DNA from: Oikopleura dioica
Lineage: Eukaryota > Animalia > Chordata
Direction of reading: 5' to 3'
DNA: 64,000 nucleotides
NCBI GenBank assembly: GCA_907165135.1
Contig: OU015568.1
Span: forward strand, 5,146,001-5,210,000
In this document: positions 60,778-64,000 of the stretch, in pieces
Position numbering within the stretch: position 1 is the first letter of the stretch
Layout of the letters: each line of letters begins with the position of its first letter
Program-made: the position numbers and the translations under genes
Notes under the pieces: model-generated
What the model saw: only the letters and a program-made list of their open reading frames with translations
Told to the model about the DNA's origin: nothing
Databases searched by the model: none

Positions 60778-63470
60778 TTAATGCTCAATCCTCGATGTTT
60801 TTATGCGTTTTGGCAAGATGTTCCAAATTATTCGTTGTTGATTTTAATCAAACTTTATTCCTTACCGAATCCGTAAAAAAGTCCAGATGTCACGATTTTT
60901 CAGCTGAAAAATTTTTCGCCTGTTGAATAACAAGAATTCTGTTACTCCAAGAAAGTGAGAAAAACTAATAAAATCCAGCTCATTCGTGACTTACAGACAA
61001 TTGAATATTGAGTGTTCTGGGTGACGAGAGAGGCACTTCGCTTTTTTTCATTCCTTTGTCACATGTTTTTGCCGCTGAGGAAATTGGCAAGGTGCATTTT
61101 AGAAAATGATTTAAGTTTTTTTGGAAGAAAAAGGGTTGTGTCCTGGGAAAAAAACATCAGATAGGAGGGGTGACATAACTTTTGGCTCTTCCAGAAGGGG
61201 ATGAAAATATGTCGTTAAAATTCCAACCACGTAGGGAGAAAAATCAGCCGAATATTGGGAGAAGAAAGCAAGTTGAATGTCTAAAATAAGAATGAATTTT
61301 ACTAGTAGAAATATTATTTCACGAAAAAGGTTCAATTTCTCAAAAGCAATGATCCACACAGATGTTAAAATTTGACCTGAAACGTGATTAAAAAATCGTT
61401 ACCGACCCAGGCCGACTTGAAATTCTATCTTCGTTCTTATGCAAATCCTTTTTTCTTACAAGCCTCTGTCATCCCGCAAATTATTCTAGTCAGAGCAGGA
61501 ATCTTTCCTTGCTTTTTATGGCCGTTTTCGCGTAAATTTATGATTGCAATTACTGATTAGCGAAAAAAAGAATGAAGAACGTATTCGGAAGCGTTCAAGT
61601 ACCGGGTGAAGATTGGCGATTGGCGAAATCCGACCGCAAGATCCCGAGATTGTTCCCAAAAACTATCGACTTTCCAAGCCCCTGTTTATGATAGATAAAT
61701 TAATGAACAATCATTAATTTTGACGAGCCCGCTTTTTATACAACAACGATTTAATGACGAGATTATGATGAAAATATCACTTTTTGGGGCCTTAGATTGT
61801 CTTAAAATTCGTCTGGTAATCCAAAAAACGGTGGGATTATTACTGAGTAAGGGTGGTCTGCGGTCGCGCGGTCGTTTTCTTTGTCTAAAGAGGCACCTGT
61901 TTGTCCCTTCCCGCTGGAGAATGCGCTTTGCTCAAATTCGATTTTGTCTTGGCTTCTCGGCCAAAAGCCACTTTGGCATCGGAACGCCCGGGTCGACTCA
62001 TTTCAAGCGATTACCAGCAGCTTGTTCCCAAGTACTCTTTCAATGCTTTAAAATCACTAGATCAAGAACAATTATTCCTCAATTTTATTTTATATTTGAT
62101 CAAAGAACATAGAAAATATCATTAGGAAATAAATTTTGTTCAGACAAAATCATCATAAACAGTGGATTTTTCAGTTTCATTTTGAATGATACTTGAATGC
62201 TGATCTTGGTTCTTTTATGCCTTTTGGCAAGATGCTGCAAATTAATCGGTCTTGATTAGAATCTGGGTTTTTTTGAGTATCGAAAATTTCAATTTAAAAT
62301 TTTCCGCTTTGCTTTCAACAGCAAAGAAAAAAAAAAGCATCTTTCGGCCGCATAAAACAGTGTTTTCGGTGCTCACGTCAACAAGAAGCTTGACATAACC
62401 CTGCATATCTTAATATTTGCGAGATTCTTTGTTCAAAAAAATATTCTTCAAGAGAAGCGAAAGACATACTTGCTACAATCTTTCACGTTCTACAGAGCGC
62501 ACCTGTCATGTCAAAGCTGACACCCTTTTTTTTTCACTAATCGGAGGCGCCTGAGAAAATCAGACTCAAAAAGGGCTTCTTTCTTTAGTACAGTTTTAAA
62601 ATAGATAAGTAAATTTCTTCGAAACCCGGATTTTACGCAATAATTCCATGAAATTCCAAAGATTTTTCAGCCATAAAGATTTTTCATCTGTAAGCGAAAA
62701 AAAAATAGATTCCTATCAAAACCGTTAAATTCAGACCATCTTGCCGATTCGCATAAAAAGAAGAAGCCTTTTGATAAATCAGAAAGATTATTTAAATGAA
62801 ACAATTTTTATAAATTTTGCTTGAGTTTTCACGTTTTGATTATTTGCTGATGATGATTTTGAAATGAAACTTTTTCATTTGCCAGTCGATTGTTAATAGA
62901 ATGGGATTTTAAATAAATTGCTCTTTTAAATGAATCAATACTATTTTCAGTTATGTATTTTTTTCCTTCAGTCATTTCTGAATAAAAAATGAAACTATTC
63001 AAATAGAGATGTCGGCTCAGATTATTTGATCATAAGAAAATCAACGAAGTGGTCAATAAGAAAAGCATTTTGTTTTTTCCTCATTTTTATTATTGTTTTA
63101 ATTCTGGCAACATGCAAAAACGTAGTGTCTACTCACACGCGTCGTTCTATGCAATAAGAGTGTAAATTGCGACAAAGTGTGTTCTTAGCTTTGGAACGCT
63201 CTATTCGCTCATCACTGGCCATTTGTTGCCGGTTCCATTTTTGGGACAGCGCACAAATTGACGTGTTTTTCAACCCAACGAGAATTGTTTTTCCAATCAA
63301 TTTTCGCATTTCAGTCGAAAGAGGGTAACTTTGTTCTATCAATTTTCAGGCTTTTTCTTTCTCGAAAATCATTGACCAAAACTTAACATAGGGACACCCT
63401 ATTAGTTCTAAAAATAAGTTTCATTTTTGTAAATAATTCAAATAGATCAAGGGCCAGCAGTCTGTAAACA

Positions 63471-63670
63471 AACCTGAATTAGAAAAAACCCATAAATAGT
63501 CGCATAGCGGCTTTTTAAAAAACGAAGCCGCAGGGCGGCTTTGCCAAAGTTCTCTAGAAAGTCAACATCAATTTCTGCCGAAGCCGCGTTGCGGCTCCAT
63601 TTTTTGAAAACCCGTTGCGCGGCCTTTTTAAGGGCTCTCTTAGAACCCTGACTCAGGTTTTTACGCAGGT
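63471..63670. repeat. Degenerate copy of the AAACCTGASTCAGG-ended element
   Basis: gccgc/gcggc repeats and gctctcttagaaccctgactcaggttt, the reverse complement of the 33901 end. Confidence 0.5.
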
Positions 63671-64000
63671 TACCTTATCCTAACCTTCGCCATTAACTTA
63701 ACCCCAAACTAAGCACCTTTCGAATAACATGTTTCTATAAAGAATACTTTTGAAAATAGATTTTATTTTGAAGAATAATAACAGGCTAATCAAAAAATTG
63801 ATAAGAATTTTTTGAAAATTCGCTTTACAAAACTCGCTAATCGATCGTTACTTTCTTCGGCAGCCAAGCAAATTCGTATTTCATCTTATCTTCGTTGTAG
63901 ACTTGCTAAAATTGAACTTGAATTAGTTGGGCCGCTTTCTAAGGAGCATTTTAATTTCTCCGAATAATTCGCGCTGTTGCCCTTTTTTGATCGGATAGAG

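Noticed and set aside
61000-63400. Scattered short ORFs at the right end
   Set aside because: AT-rich, no consistent exon chain or recognisable protein motif; treated as intergenic.

Overview
Eukaryotic, gene-dense, AT-rich DNA with very short spliceosomal introns (mostly 39-50 bp), some apparent non-canonical donors (GA-AG, GC-AG), AG acceptors just before several ATGs, and many MITEs. This best fits a compact tunicate genome such as Oikopleura (inference; no search run). All gene models were spliced by hand. Left to right: ATAD5/ELG1 (-, partial); two tandem CDK9 paralogues, the first carrying a complete same-strand CAP-domain gene in its last intron; three tandem orphan secreted, probably GPI-anchored genes; a co-oriented run of coiled-coil, FAM81-like, RPGRIP1L and EFCAB10 genes; an intron-containing bacterial-type class IV aminotransferase; Cys-rich/beta-propeller genes; an ITIH C-terminal-domain gene plus a chimeric pseudogene copy; an 8-TM double-claudin-like gene with tRNA-Arg(UCG) in an intron; a CPPED1-like phosphoesterase; TTBK; an atypical thioredoxin; and a repeat-rich right end. 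Strongest leads: (1) hAT-type MITEs inserted in exons that carry their own in-frame splice sites (introner-like); (2) the same-strand nested gene; (3) the horizontal-transfer candidate; (4) the Asp-Pro (ADPH) ITIH-like protein; (5) the orphan GPI/furin family.
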